A DNA stretch of 64,000 nt from Microcoleaceae cyanobacterium (GCA_051652765.1 JBOFUV010000007.1:1-64000), one strand, 5' to 3'; counted from the first letter of the stretch, positions 29,356 to 39,797 are shown. The notes: a model not told the origin generated them from the sequence alone. Numbers and translations are program-made.

Positions 29356-31611
29356 TTAGAATTCCAGGCGACTATGTTGCCAAGATGCCCGCACCAGCTT
29401 GATGTCTTCATAGCTGCATTCCCCCTCCAACTGCTCATAGATGGGCCTTAAGGCAATATCTCCCAAAGTTTCAATGGATTGTATGATGATTTGCTGACGT
29501 TCTGGCGTTACGAGCCGATCGATGTCAACGGCTTGACCCATCTGAATTAACCTGGTCAAATGATCGATCACCGTTGTCAGCTTGAGGTCTCGTTGCTGAG
29601 CGATCGCGTCAATGCTTAACCCCTGTTGATGGAGGTGAAGGGTAATCATTTGACTGTCGGACAGTGAGCCTGCGTCCTGTGCCATAAGGTTTTTTGAGGA
29701 AGTTGCGGCTGAAGCCTTTTGAGATGCTGCAACCGTTGACAGGGAATGAATTTCACAGTACTGGCGGATTGAATCTAGAAACCGTTCTCCATACCGCTCT
29801 AATTTATACCGTCCAACCCCAGAAATCGAGAGCAGCTCAGCAGTCGTTTGAGGACGGGCTTGAGCCATGAGCTTCAAGGTGGAATCTGCAAACACCATGT
29901 AGGGAGCAATAGAAGACTCGTCAGCCATCTGTTTTCGCAACTGGCGCAACTGTTCAAACAGGAGTGCTGTAATTGCATTCAGGGCTTCAGGTTCAGTCTG
30001 ATCGGCCCCAGTCTGAGATTGGGTTTGAGATTGGGTTTGAGATTGGGAATGTTGGGTGATGGCAATCTGAACCGGACGTTGCTGTTTCATTACGGCCCAG
30101 CTTTGGGCATTGAGCTTCAGCACTGAATACCCATCGGTTGTTTGTTCTAGGAGTCCTTGGTGTAAAAGCGATCGCCCCAGAATTCTCCAGTCTTCCACGG
30201 TTCGATCAGTCCCAATTCCGTAGGTTGAGAGCTTGTCATGGCCGTGATCCAAGATTTTTTTGCGTTTTGATCCCCGCAATATATCGATAATATAGCCCAT
30301 GCCAAATCGTTCTCGGCAGCGAGCCACACAGGAGAGGAACTTCATCGCTTCAATCGTCCAATCTTCTACGGGTCGCTGATGACGACAGTTATCACAATGA
30401 CCACAATTTCCCAGAAAATCTTCCCCAAAGTATCGCAACTGGATTTGATTCCGACATTCGCTGGACTCGGCATAGTCAATCACCTGTTGCAACTGCTGAT
30501 GGGCAATCCGTTGTTCATCTGGATTGGGCTTTTGGCCAATCAAATAGTCAATCGTGGCAATATCCCGATAGCTGAAAAATAACAGACAGTCTGAAGGTTC
30601 TCCATCTCGCCCAGCCCGCCCTGATTCCTGATAGTACCCTTCTAAATTGCGGGGTAAATCATAGTGGATCACAAAGCGAACATCGGGTTTATTAATTCCC
30701 ATCCCAAAGGCAACCGTTGCCACCATAATTCGGGCATCATCTCGGATAAATCGAGTTTGATTTTCCTCTCGGGTTTTGTCATCTAACCCAGCATGATAGG
30801 GCAGGGCGGAGATCCCAAAAGCTTGCAACTGGGTGGCAATTTCTTCGACTCGTTTACGACTGAGGCAATAGATAATTCCTGCTCCTTCAAGCTGTTGAAT
30901 GCGAGACAAAAGTTGCTGAAACCCCCGTTTTTCTTTGGCAACAACTTCATAGTAAAGATTGTCTCGATGAAAGCTAGATAGATGAATGTACGGTTGATTC
31001 AAGTCTAATTGTTGAACAATATCCTGTCTCACCCGTTCTGTTGCAGTCGCCGTTAAGGCGATAATTGGAATGCTGGGATAGCGTTGCCGGAGGAGTTTGA
31101 GTTGACGATATTCAGGACGAAAGTCGTGGCCCCATTCGGAAACGCAATGGGCTTCGTCGATGGCAAAAAAAGTGACTCCAATCCGTTCCTGAACCCGATT
31201 CAGAAATCGTAAAAATTGCTCGGATACCAACCGTTCAGGGGCGACATACAGGATTTTGATTTGACCGTCTAAGATGGAAGTTTCGCGCGATCGCACAGCA
31301 TCTGAAGACAAGGTGCTGTTCAGAAAAGTAGCTCCAATACCACTATCTTGCAAGGCATCAACCTGATCTTTCATCAGGGCAATTAAAGGCGAGACCACAA
31401 CCGTTAACCCTGCTTGAATCAGTCCAGGAAGCTGAAAGCAAAGAGATTTCCCGCCTCCAGTCGGCATGATCACTAATACATCTTGGTGTTGCAAAACCTG
31501 TTCAACGACTTGGCGTTGCCCCAAGCGAAAAGCATCGTAGCCAAAAAAATGTTTTAAGGACTGTTCTAAAGCGTTCAGTTGAGTTGAGGGGGGTAAGTTT
31601 TTCCCGGCCAT
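29356..31611 (-). CDS. recQ: ATP-dependent DNA helicase RecQ
   Basis: PTGGGKSLCFQ, DEAHCVSEWGHDFRP, QESGRAGRDG; Zn/RQC, HRDC and C-terminal HTH. Confidence 0.97.
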   Translation of the reverse strand: MAGKNLPPSTQLNALEQSLKHFFGYDAFRLGQRQVVEQVLQHQDVLVIMPTGGGKSLCFQLPGLIQAGLTVVVSPLIALMKDQVDALQDSGIGATFLNSTLSSDAVRSRETSILDGQIKILYVAPERLVSEQFLRFLNRVQERIGVTFFAIDEAHCVSEWGHDFRPEYRQLKLLRQRYPSIPIIALTATATERVRQDIVQQLDLNQPYIHLSSFHRDNLYYEVVAKEKRGFQQLLSRIQQLEGAGIIYCLSRKRVEEIATQLQAFGISALPYHAGLDDKTREENQTRFIRDDARIMVATVAFGMGINKPDVRFVIHYDLPRNLEGYYQESGRAGRDGEPSDCLLFFSYRDIATIDYLIGQKPNPDEQRIAHQQLQQVIDYAESSECRNQIQLRYFGEDFLGNCGHCDNCRHQRPVEDWTIEAMKFLSCVARCRERFGMGYIIDILRGSKRKKILDHGHDKLSTYGIGTDRTVEDWRILGRSLLHQGLLEQTTDGYSVLKLNAQSWAVMKQQRPVQIAITQHSQSQTQSQTQSQTGADQTEPEALNAITALLFEQLRQLRKQMADESSIAPYMVFADSTLKLMAQARPQTTAELLSISGVGRYKLERYGERFLDSIRQYCEIHSLSTVAASQKASAATSSKNLMAQDAGSLSDSQMITLHLHQQGLSIDAIAQQRDLKLTTVIDHLTRLIQMGQAVDIDRLVTPERQQIIIQSIETLGDIALRPIYEQLEGECSYEDIKLVRASWQHSRLEF

Positions 31612-31697
31612 TGTACGTCTCTAAAAGCCACCATATCCAAACTACTGAATCTTTTGTTAAAGTCAATCTACTGAGTTATGGCAGTTGTCATGAACGG

Positions 31698-32528
31698 CTA
31701 ATTCAAGCTGAGAAAATCATCTAGAGCTTGAACAACTGCGGGGGGCCATCGACGCACGTTCGCCACCCAGTCTAGATCTTTGTATCGAGAATCTAACCCG
31801 ATCACTGCCACCCAATTGCTCTCTGCTTCTCCTTGCTGGCCAGACACCCACAAACAGGCAGCTAATGCTGCCCGCACATCTGCAAAATTGGGATATTTTC
31901 GTACAATATTCCGCAGGGTCTGGATTGCTGTTTCTTGTTGTCCATCCTGATAGATTGCTAGAGCATAGTTAGCACGGGCCAGGGAGAAATTGGAGTCCAG
32001 TTCGGCGGCAGTTTGATAGTCTTTGATCGCAACCGGCCAATCCCCTGAACCGGCGGCGGCATTGCCCCGATTGTTGTAAGCATCGGCGGCGTTTGGATCA
32101 AGTTCAATGGCTCGGTTGTAGTCGGCGATCGCTTTCTCCCATTGCTTCAAGCCTTCGTAAGCAATGCCCCGGTTAACATAGGGATCGGGAATATTGGGGG
32201 CAAGTTCAATGGCCTGATCATAGTCAACGATAGCTTCTTCTAGCTTATTCTGGCTGAGTTTGATATTGCCGCGATTGCTCCAAGCGGCTGGATTGTTCGG
32301 GAACTGTTCCAAGATTTGAGTCCAGTAGTCTTCAGCTTGAGCAAATTTGCCTGATCGCATGGCGTTGAAGGCTTGGTTTAAGACCTCCTGTACCTGTTGC
32401 AACTCAGTCATAGAAGGGCTAATCGGCTGAGCTAGGACATGATCTGAAGGGCCAAAGTTTGAGGGGCTAAAGCCAGACTGCAAGGTGAAACAGAGAGAGA
32501 GAATCAGTATCCAAAGAAGGGAACGCAT
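31698..32528 (-). CDS. Tetratricopeptide repeat protein with signal peptide
   Basis: Repeats AWSNRG, PYVNRG, AYNNRG; C-terminal RRWPP. Confidence 0.9.
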   Translation of the reverse strand: MRSLLWILILSLCFTLQSGFSPSNFGPSDHVLAQPISPSMTELQQVQEVLNQAFNAMRSGKFAQAEDYWTQILEQFPNNPAAWSNRGNIKLSQNKLEEAIVDYDQAIELAPNIPDPYVNRGIAYEGLKQWEKAIADYNRAIELDPNAADAYNNRGNAAAGSGDWPVAIKDYQTAAELDSNFSLARANYALAIYQDGQQETAIQTLRNIVRKYPNFADVRAALAACLWVSGQQGEAESNWVAVIGLDSRYKDLDWVANVRRWPPAVVQALDDFLSLN

Positions 32529-32537
32529 TGTTAAGAT

Positions 32538-32602
32538 ATTCAGAGAAAACATTCAGAGAAAACATTTAGAGAAAACATTTAGAGAAAACATTCAGAGAAG
32601 AT
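32538..32602. repeat. Tandem 13-bp repeat ATTYAGAGAAAAC x5
   Basis: Seen directly; ends 10 nt upstream of the TPR gene start. Confidence 0.92.
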
Positions 32603-32657
32603 ATATCGCAATTTCAATTCTAGTTAGGTATGGAGGGTTTAGGGGCTTTGCTAGTCT

Positions 32658-33572
32658 TCAACGCTCTGAACGATTGGTACGGAAGTACCACAAGACAGGA
32701 ACTAACACTAAAAGCATGAGTACAGTCGATAGTGCTGATCCGAGGGGCCAATTTCGGGCTTGAAGAAACTGATTTTGAATTAAGTTGCCAATCATCAACG
32801 TTTTGGCTCCCCCCAAAATATCAGGGGTGATAAATGCTCCCAGGGCTGGAATAAATACTAAAATCGACCCCGCTACAATTCCAGGTTGCGTCAAGGGCAA
32901 AACAACTCGCCAAAATGTTCTCAAATCATTGGCCCCGAGATCTTGAGCAGCTTCAACCAAGGTAAAATCCAACCGCTCTAAAGTCGCGTACAATGGCAAC
33001 ACCATAAACGGAAGATAGCCATAAACCAAGCCAATCATCACCGCTAAAGGGGTAAACAGTAGATTAAGCGGTTCATCAATGATTTGCAAGCTGACCAAGA
33101 GAGAATTCACAATTCCTTCTCTTCGTAAAATGACCATCCAGGCATAGGTACGCACTAGAAAGTTTGTCCAGAAGGGAATAATCACTAACAACAGCAAAAT
33201 ACTCCGCCATCGGGAAGGACGAGTGATAATAAAAAACGCTAGGGGATAGCCCAGAACCAAACAAGCAACCGTCGTAAAAATTGCTAGGGTCAGCGATCGC
33301 CAAAACACTTTCAGGTACAAAACATTGGCTAATCGTTGATAGTTCTCCCCGGTGAATGTCCAGTTTACCCCGCCATAGGTTCCCCGTTCTAGCACACTGT
33401 AGATTAGAACAATCAGCAGCGGCAACACAAAAAACAACAGCAACCAGCAAGTTGCAGGTAGGAGAAGAACTAGGAGATTCTGATGCTTGCGAGTTTCCAA
33501 GGGTGAAAGAGAGAAAGATTGAGATTGACAAACCGCCATAAACGAGACTGCCAACCACACTGCAAACGACAT
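32658..33572 (-). CDS. potB: Spermidine/putrescine ABC permease (PotB type); start uncertain
   Basis: IPFWTNFLVRTYAW, YLPFMVLPLY, EAAQDLGA, RNWPLGSALS. Confidence 0.85.
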   Translation of the reverse strand: MSFAVWLAVSFMAVCQSQSFSLSPLETRKHQNLLVLLLPATCWLLLFFVLPLLIVLIYSVLERGTYGGVNWTFTGENYQRLANVLYLKVFWRSLTLAIFTTVACLVLGYPLAFFIITRPSRWRSILLLLVIIPFWTNFLVRTYAWMVILRREGIVNSLLVSLQIIDEPLNLLFTPLAVMIGLVYGYLPFMVLPLYATLERLDFTLVEAAQDLGANDLRTFWRVVLPLTQPGIVAGSILVFIPALGAFITPDILGGAKTLMIGNLIQNQFLQARNWPLGSALSTVLMLLVLVPVLWYFRTNRSER

Positions 33573-33600
33573 TCCAAACTGTATCGCATCTAGTTAGCTT

Positions 33601-33660
33601 AGAGTTGAGGGACGTTCAGGGAAGTTGAGGAATATTCAGGGACGTTCAGGAACGTTGAGG
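33601..33660. repeat. Degenerate 10-bp tandem repeat x6 (GACGTTCAGG-like)
   Basis: Seen directly, just past the Spy/CpxP stop. Confidence 0.8.
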
Positions 33661-33666
33661 ATTGGG

Positions 33667-34143
33667 CTAGCGATCGCCATGGGGCCGAATCTGACGCTGT
33701 TGCATGATTTCGGTGAACTGATCCCGCTGTTCTGGAGTCAACACTTCTCGCATTCTGAGTAGCATATCCAACTGAAGTTGAGTCATGCCTTGGCGAACTT
33801 GTTCGAGTTCGTCATGTTTGCGGCGGATCTCTGGCTCTGAGGCATTCCCGATCATTAATGTATTCAGTTCTTGTTGAAGCTGAACCAATCGCTGTCTGTG
33901 GCCAGCAATTTCATTTTTATAACGATTGTGAATATCCTGCATTTTTTTTTGTTGTTCAGCCGTGGTGTTGAGTTCATCCAAGAGCCGCTCTGGGCCTTGA
34001 AGTTGTCGTTCCCGCCGCTGGGCCTGAACTTGAACTAGATCTTGGATCTGGGTAGAAATTGAAGGAGGATTCGCGAACGCTGTATCCATTTCCCCCCAAG
34101 CGGTCAGAAAAATAATCAGAGTTAAAACTCGAGAGTTCAACAT
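33667..34143 (-). CDS. Spy/CpxP-family periplasmic protein
   Basis: Signal peptide; LNTTAEQ and VLTPEQR (LTxxQ) motifs. Confidence 0.85.
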   Translation of the reverse strand: MLNSRVLTLIIFLTAWGEMDTAFANPPSISTQIQDLVQVQAQRRERQLQGPERLLDELNTTAEQQKKMQDIHNRYKNEIAGHRQRLVQLQQELNTLMIGNASEPEIRRKHDELEQVRQGMTQLQLDMLLRMREVLTPEQRDQFTEIMQQRQIRPHGDR

Positions 34144-34346
34144 AGAGCGTTTCTGTTTAGTCACATGCAATTTCGGGTTGAGTTGAAGTCAGATTGAAGT
34201 GTTTTACGGGAATTGAAGCAGGGCAGCGGTTTTTTAAAGCTGTAACCTTGAATGTGATTTGAGTAACTTTCAATACGTTTGACTGAATTTCAATAAAATT
34301 ATCCATGGCAAAAACTGACTAAACCCTTGGCGCATCGAACACCCAG

Positions 34347-34718
34347 TTAGTCCGTCCAAGCATCCTGAACCTCTAGCCACTCGCTTTCATTGGCTCCAGT
34401 CATCACTTCTTCCCAGTTGCTGACAATAAAATCCTCTAACTGTTGTTGTTCACTCAAGCTCAATTGGCTGGGCCGAAAAACACCATACCCAATCCAGGCA
34501 GTTAATACACCTGCCGTGAGGGCGATCGCAATCCTTAAAGCGTTCAGGTGACATCTGCCCACTCCGTGAATCGTGTTAAATTCCCTGAAAACCGTTTCTG
34601 GATTTTCTACGGTAGCCATAATTTGACGTTCTAAGTCGGTTGCTCCGGGGGGGGGGATTGGACGATAGCGTTTGAGAAAGTAGATCAGAGAAGAATCCTC
34701 TGGAAGAAGCTGAGTCAT
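34347..34718 (-). CDS. Putative single-TM anti-sigma factor
   Basis: Overlaps the sigma stop (ATGA); FLKRYRPIPP N-terminus; one TM helix. Confidence 0.7.
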   Translation of the reverse strand: MTQLLPEDSSLIYFLKRYRPIPPPGATDLERQIMATVENPETVFREFNTIHGVGRCHLNALRIAIALTAGVLTAWIGYGVFRPSQLSLSEQQQLEDFIVSNWEEVMTGANESEWLEVQDAWTD

Positions 34719-35287
34719 AGATTTACTCCTTGATGTTCCAAAAACTTCCGCATCATGGCTCTTGCGTGAAATAAACGAGATTTCACAGTTCCAAGGGGCA
34801 CACCGGTGATATCGGCCACCTCTTTTTGAGGAATATCCTCTAGGTCATGCAGAACCAAAACCGTTCGATGCTCAAAACTGAGTTGAGCTAGCCCTCGCTC
34901 AACAATGTCCTGGTAGTGTAGGTGTAACAGATGGGTAGAAAGATGCGTGTTGGTCATGATGCCGTCTAAAACCGTTGCCTCTTTCTCTAAAATAGAGCTG
35001 GAGGTTCGCTGTTTCGCAAAGCTACGCCGTTCATCTGCAGCAACGTTCCAGGTAATTCGATACAGCCAAGTTGAAAAAGTCTCAGGCTGTCGCAGCTTTG
35101 GCAGCCCTTTCCAGACTCGGAAGAAGACCTCTTGAACCAAGTCATCAAGGGAGAGCCCTCCGCAAAGCTGATACAGAGTTGACCTGACTCGTTGCTGATA
35201 TCGTCGATAGAGATGGCGAAAGCACTGCCGATCCCCTGTCTGACATTGGCGCACCAAATCACTGTCAGAGCGTTCGTCTACTAACAT
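34715..35287 (-). CDS. ECF sigma-70 factor (SigH-like)
   Basis: DDLVQEVF, FSTWLYRI, GVPLGTVKSRLFHAR; sigma/anti-sigma/Spy order as in the Synechocystis sigH locus. Confidence 0.9.
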   Translation of the reverse strand: MLVDERSDSDLVRQCQTGDRQCFRHLYRRYQQRVRSTLYQLCGGLSLDDLVQEVFFRVWKGLPKLRQPETFSTWLYRITWNVAADERRSFAKQRTSSSILEKEATVLDGIMTNTHLSTHLLHLHYQDIVERGLAQLSFEHRTVLVLHDLEDIPQKEVADITGVPLGTVKSRLFHARAMMRKFLEHQGVNL

Positions 35288-35459
35288 AGTTACTGCCCAT
35301 TAGTGCCCTGCGAAGCCGTTTCCACCCGTCGCAAAGCTTGTTTTATAGACAGCACAACGGTCAAAAAAGTTCAAGCTCTCTCACAGCCTACAGACTGAAA
35401 ACAGTGCTAATATATAGCTATTCATAAGTCCGGCAAGTGCTGAGCACCCCGAGTTAGTT

Positions 35460-36338
35460 ATGGTACAGTACTTTCTAGGTATTTTTGCAACGTTTTTTAT
35501 TGGTTACCTAGTTAACTCTTCAGTAAGGATTATTGGAGGGAGTGATGAGGCAATTGTTGAACGTTTAGGACAGTACAACCGCACGTTGAGACCTGGGTTG
35601 CAGTTTATCTCGCCTGTTCTGGAGAAGATTGTCTACTACTTTGACATTAGCCGGGAAAGATTTATTGATATTAAGCCCCAAGATGTCATCACAAAGGACA
35701 ACGTTCCTCTTAAGATTGATCCAGTGGTTTACTGGAAAGTTGAAGATATCAAGAGTTTTTACTACAACGTTGATCGGATTGATGAGTCAATCTCTAATTT
35801 AGCGATGACCTCTTTGCGGGCCGAAGTGGGAATCATGACCCTGCAGGAGTTGCTTTCATCAGTGAATAGTTTGAACCAGGCTCTGGTGAAGACTCTGGAC
35901 GAGTCTACATCGAACTGGGGGGTTAAGATTACCCAAGTTCGTCTTCAGAAGATTACTCCGCCAGATTCAATTATGCGGGCGATGGAGTTTGAAAGAGCTG
36001 CAAAGAGCCAACAGCAAGCAGAAGTGAATATTGCTAGGGGACAAGCGGAAGCCATTCGGGTGCTGTCTCAAGCTTTAGGGGTTGATCCAAATCGGCCAGA
36101 GTTTATGCAATTTCTGATCGCTCAGAAGTATGTTGAGGCGAACCAGAAGCTAAGTGAGAGTGACAATGCCAAAATTGTGTTCATGGATCCAGGCAAGCTG
36201 AATGAGTCTCTTTCTGAGCTGATTAGTTCTGATCATATTGACTATGATGAGGGGGGCTTAGCTCAGTCACCTAAGCTGAAAGTGGTTAAGCCTGACTTGA
36301 AAAAGCCTAACGAGGCTGGAGGTGCAGCTAACAGCTAG
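35460..36338 (+). CDS. SPFH/Band 7 (stomatin-like) protein
   Basis: IVERLGQY, QDVITKDNV, WGVKITQV. Confidence 0.9.
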   Translation: MVQYFLGIFATFFIGYLVNSSVRIIGGSDEAIVERLGQYNRTLRPGLQFISPVLEKIVYYFDISRERFIDIKPQDVITKDNVPLKIDPVVYWKVEDIKSFYYNVDRIDESISNLAMTSLRAEVGIMTLQELLSSVNSLNQALVKTLDESTSNWGVKITQVRLQKITPPDSIMRAMEFERAAKSQQQAEVNIARGQAEAIRVLSQALGVDPNRPEFMQFLIAQKYVEANQKLSESDNAKIVFMDPGKLNESLSELISSDHIDYDEGGLAQSPKLKVVKPDLKKPNEAGGAANS

Positions 36339-36375
36339 GTAGGGTCAGGAGAGTGTTTGATTATCCCAAGAAGCC

Positions 36376-36915
36376 TTATCCTAGAGAGTTCCCGCATTTT
36401 GAGCAAAAGTGATCACTGGGTTGAGCTTTTTCACCACACTGACTGCAAAATTGCCGAGCTTTGGAAGTAGGAGTTGGTGATTCCATCCGCATTTCCATGC
36501 TTCCCATTCGCATTTCCATCGGATTTAGACTCATTTGCATGTCCCCCATTTTCATTGGCTCCATCTGCAAAGGTTTCATCTGAAGGGGTGTCATGGCTGG
36601 TAGGTTAGCTTGTGACTCAACCTGCTGAGCCTGAATGGATTGAGCTGAATTCAGGGTGGGAACTTCATTCATCAGGCAAACCGTATTTCCCTGAACAAAT
36701 AGATGGCGTTTTCCTAAAGCCGTTGAGATCTGAGCCACAACGCCACTAGATGTCTGATAAAACAATGGGGTAGATGTCCAAGTCCCTGTTTCCAATGCCG
36801 TAGTAGATTGCTGCTGCTGTCCAGGCTGAAGGGTTGCTAACGTAATCATCGTTTGAGTTCCCTGACAGTCCAGGTAGAGTGTTTGGCCGTTACCCAGTTC
36901 ACAACGATAAGCCAT
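36376..36915 (-). CDS. Zinc-ribbon protein with Met-rich segment
   Basis: C-terminal FCSQCG..FCSKCG; MEPMKMGDMQM..MEMRMGSMEMRM. Confidence 0.85.
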   Translation of the reverse strand: MAYRCELGNGQTLYLDCQGTQTMITLATLQPGQQQQSTTALETGTWTSTPLFYQTSSGVVAQISTALGKRHLFVQGNTVCLMNEVPTLNSAQSIQAQQVESQANLPAMTPLQMKPLQMEPMKMGDMQMSLNPMEMRMGSMEMRMESPTPTSKARQFCSQCGEKAQPSDHFCSKCGNSLG

Positions 36916-37035
36916 TGTTATGATTTCCTCGTAGACTTTGACCTTAAAGATGATCTTAACGGTATCTTACAAGGAACCTGAGGCTGAGAAAGTGTAAGTT
37001 ATACCAAACCCATTTTGGTCGGGTGGTCTGAAGAA

Positions 37036-37842
37036 TCAGTTTTGCGGAACGAGTTGACCTGCAACCATAGGCTCTTGGGTGATTTTTTCCAGTCCAACGG
37101 AGTTCAATAGCTCAGACCATTTCTGTGTAAGCTCGGAGTTACCGGGGTTCTCTGACCTCAATTCAGCTAGGGTGGAAAGCATATCGTACCAGAGACCTTT
37201 TTCTTCGTAAAGAGAAAGGCGATCGCGAGGAGCAGCCTGTTCTAGTTCACTGATTTGGCTAGAGTTGAGGGCTACCCGGTTAATCCAACCATGGACAGTA
37301 ATATCGGAAGACGCATCTGGAGAATCTGTATCACAGCGGATGGTGAGATACCAATGGTAGTTCTGATCTGACTTGAGAGCAGGGGCGTTCTGTTTATCCG
37401 CTAGATTCACCTGAACAATTCCTGGTTTGGGATTGCTCAGTTTGAACGAGGTTGTGTAAATTACCTCTTCAGCTTCATTCGCGAGTTCTAACTCCACTAA
37501 CGTCTGATTGAGAGCAACAGGAACGTAGTATAGTATGCTCGGTTTCTCCAATACAGTCCGACCCAAGGTTGAAGCCGGAATCAGAGCGGTTAACTTATTA
37601 ACTCCGCTGGGGCAACTCAGAGGCCCACGAGTTCCTCCTCCTTCTCGGCGACCTGGCACGCCTCTAACAGGGGGTTGAAACGCATCCCACTCCGTCTTCA
37701 GTCCCTGACGATTCTGGGCAACTGGGATGGGGTGATTCGGCTGGGCTGGAGCGGACAAAACAACCAGACCATTGAGTGTCAGTCCTACTGCCCCAGCGAG
37801 AACACAAGATGTAAAATATCGGTGTAAAACTGTTCGAACCAT
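37036..37842 (-). CDS. DUF928-family protein
   Basis: GRREGGGTRG, LTALIP, YHWYL, GLWYD. Confidence 0.85.
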   Translation of the reverse strand: MVRTVLHRYFTSCVLAGAVGLTLNGLVVLSAPAQPNHPIPVAQNRQGLKTEWDAFQPPVRGVPGRREGGGTRGPLSCPSGVNKLTALIPASTLGRTVLEKPSILYYVPVALNQTLVELELANEAEEVIYTTSFKLSNPKPGIVQVNLADKQNAPALKSDQNYHWYLTIRCDTDSPDASSDITVHGWINRVALNSSQISELEQAAPRDRLSLYEEKGLWYDMLSTLAELRSENPGNSELTQKWSELLNSVGLEKITQEPMVAGQLVPQN

Positions 37843-38091
37843 AGTTAAAGTTTGACCTTCCACTGGAGGCCAAGGTAAATAATGGGTGATACCCCTATTG
37901 TATTCAATGTTTCAGTAAGGCACCAAAATTTATTTGGGTCTTTGCTCTGGATTCAGTCCGAAACCTGTTTGCGCCACAACTGATTTAGGATTACTAAGTT
38001 TTGAGATGCGTTCAGTTCGTTATGATTCACTAGCTGACGCGCTGATTCGAGTAGAATTGAGTGCTATTCTTTCCTGAATTGATTACCCCCT

Positions 38092-39786
38092 ATGATTTCT
38101 CCTGCCCTGCATCCGATGAATACTTTGCACCCAATAGTGACTCGAACAATTCGCCCCATTGGAGTTTCCACAATTCGAGGGATTGCTGCCTTGGGCAAAA
38201 CAGTACTAGCGGTTGATCCGCTGCGAGGATTTTTACTGCAAATCGATCCTAAAACTGACAACACCACGATTATCAATCCCAATTTAATCGCTACGTTCAC
38301 AGATGCAACTGGGTTGTCGATCTGGCAAAATACCCTCTGGTTCACGTGTAATCAACAGGTTTACTTCTGTTCGAATGCGACTCAAGGAGAAACAATCAAG
38401 GCATTAAAGCCCCAACTCTTTATGACGTTGCCTTACCCCGCAAATGGAATTGCGGTTTGGGAATCAACGGTGTATATTGCGTGCGAAAAAGCGGGATGTA
38501 TTTTTGTCATCAATTGTGAAACGGGGCGGGAAATTACTCGATTTTATGCCCCAGGAATTGGAGTTGAAAATCTAGCGGTCTGGCAAGAAGAACTCTGGGT
38601 TTGCGATCGCACAGAACAAACCGTTTACTGCTTGGAGCGCGGCACAGGAGAAGTTAAATTTAGTGTCTTGACCCCGTTTGAGTTTCCCAGTGGGCTGACA
38701 TTTTATCTTGACCCAGAAACTGGAGAAAAAGTTCTGTATGTTGCCTATTCGGGAGATGAACTCTACATTTTAGATAATCCCAATGCTGAACCCCAATATC
38801 AGCTAGCCAAGCGCGATCGCACGTTTATTCATCCTCTTTATTATCACTACAATCCTGTAGAAAAATATGCAACGTCTAATGGATATTTAATTGAAATGTC
38901 CTACATTGAAGAAATTGAACCGCTAGAGGATGTTCACCTCGAAGATTTGGAATGGCGCATTGCTCTACCTTCAGAAACCAAGCGTCAAAAAGTCAGGGAA
39001 ATCTCAGCCATCGGGCGACCTTTTGTGGAAGAAATTCAAGCTGGAGAGCGCGTGGCTGTATTTAAATTCAAACCATTTAATTCCCAAGAACGGCATATTT
39101 TTGGCTGGAAAGCGCTCTTAGAAGTGCGGAGCATTAAGTATCAAATTCAACCTGGAGATGTCGAGTCGATCCAACCTCTGACTCCAGAATATCGGGAAAA
39201 ATATCTGGTAGATAACGATAATTTGGCCATGGCTTCTAGTCTCGTTCAGAGTGCAGCAGCAACTGCGATCGCCCGAGAAACCAATTTTTTAAGAAAGTTA
39301 CTGAGTATTCGGGATCACGTCTACGATTGTCTTTCCTACAGTTTGACGGCAAAAATTGACCCACCTGATGTTGTGCTGCAACGGGGAGTGGGCTCCTGCG
39401 GTGAATATGTCGGTGTGCTGTTAGCCTTGATGCGCTTGAATGGGATTGCGTGTCGAACGGTCGGTCGATATAAATGCCCACCCTTCCCGGATCAGCAACA
39501 AGTCCCCTTGTACCCAGAGTACAATCATGTCTGGCTAGAGTTTTATATTCCAGGTCTAGGTTGGATTCCAATGGAGTCCAACCCAGATGATATTGCCGAA
39601 CAAGGCCCCTATCCCCTGCGATTTTTTATGGGATTGGCTTGGTATCATGTCGAAATTGGCAAAGGGATCAAGTTTCAGCAGCTCTTGAGTCAGGGCGCTC
39701 CTCTGAATCGAGACCAGATTTCCGTGGGCAACTTGGCAATTAATCATGTCCGGTTTAGGATTTTGGAAGAGTTACCTGCGGTCTGA
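38092..39786 (+). CDS. Transglutaminase-like protein with N-terminal beta-propeller-like region
   Basis: GSCGEY catalytic Cys, GIACRTVG, NHVWLEFYIPGLGWIPME. Confidence 0.88.
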   Translation: MISPALHPMNTLHPIVTRTIRPIGVSTIRGIAALGKTVLAVDPLRGFLLQIDPKTDNTTIINPNLIATFTDATGLSIWQNTLWFTCNQQVYFCSNATQGETIKALKPQLFMTLPYPANGIAVWESTVYIACEKAGCIFVINCETGREITRFYAPGIGVENLAVWQEELWVCDRTEQTVYCLERGTGEVKFSVLTPFEFPSGLTFYLDPETGEKVLYVAYSGDELYILDNPNAEPQYQLAKRDRTFIHPLYYHYNPVEKYATSNGYLIEMSYIEEIEPLEDVHLEDLEWRIALPSETKRQKVREISAIGRPFVEEIQAGERVAVFKFKPFNSQERHIFGWKALLEVRSIKYQIQPGDVESIQPLTPEYREKYLVDNDNLAMASSLVQSAAATAIARETNFLRKLLSIRDHVYDCLSYSLTAKIDPPDVVLQRGVGSCGEYVGVLLALMRLNGIACRTVGRYKCPPFPDQQQVPLYPEYNHVWLEFYIPGLGWIPMESNPDDIAEQGPYPLRFFMGLAWYHVEIGKGIKFQQLLSQGAPLNRDQISVGNLAINHVRFRILEELPAV

Positions 39787-39797
39787 ATCTAGCAACC

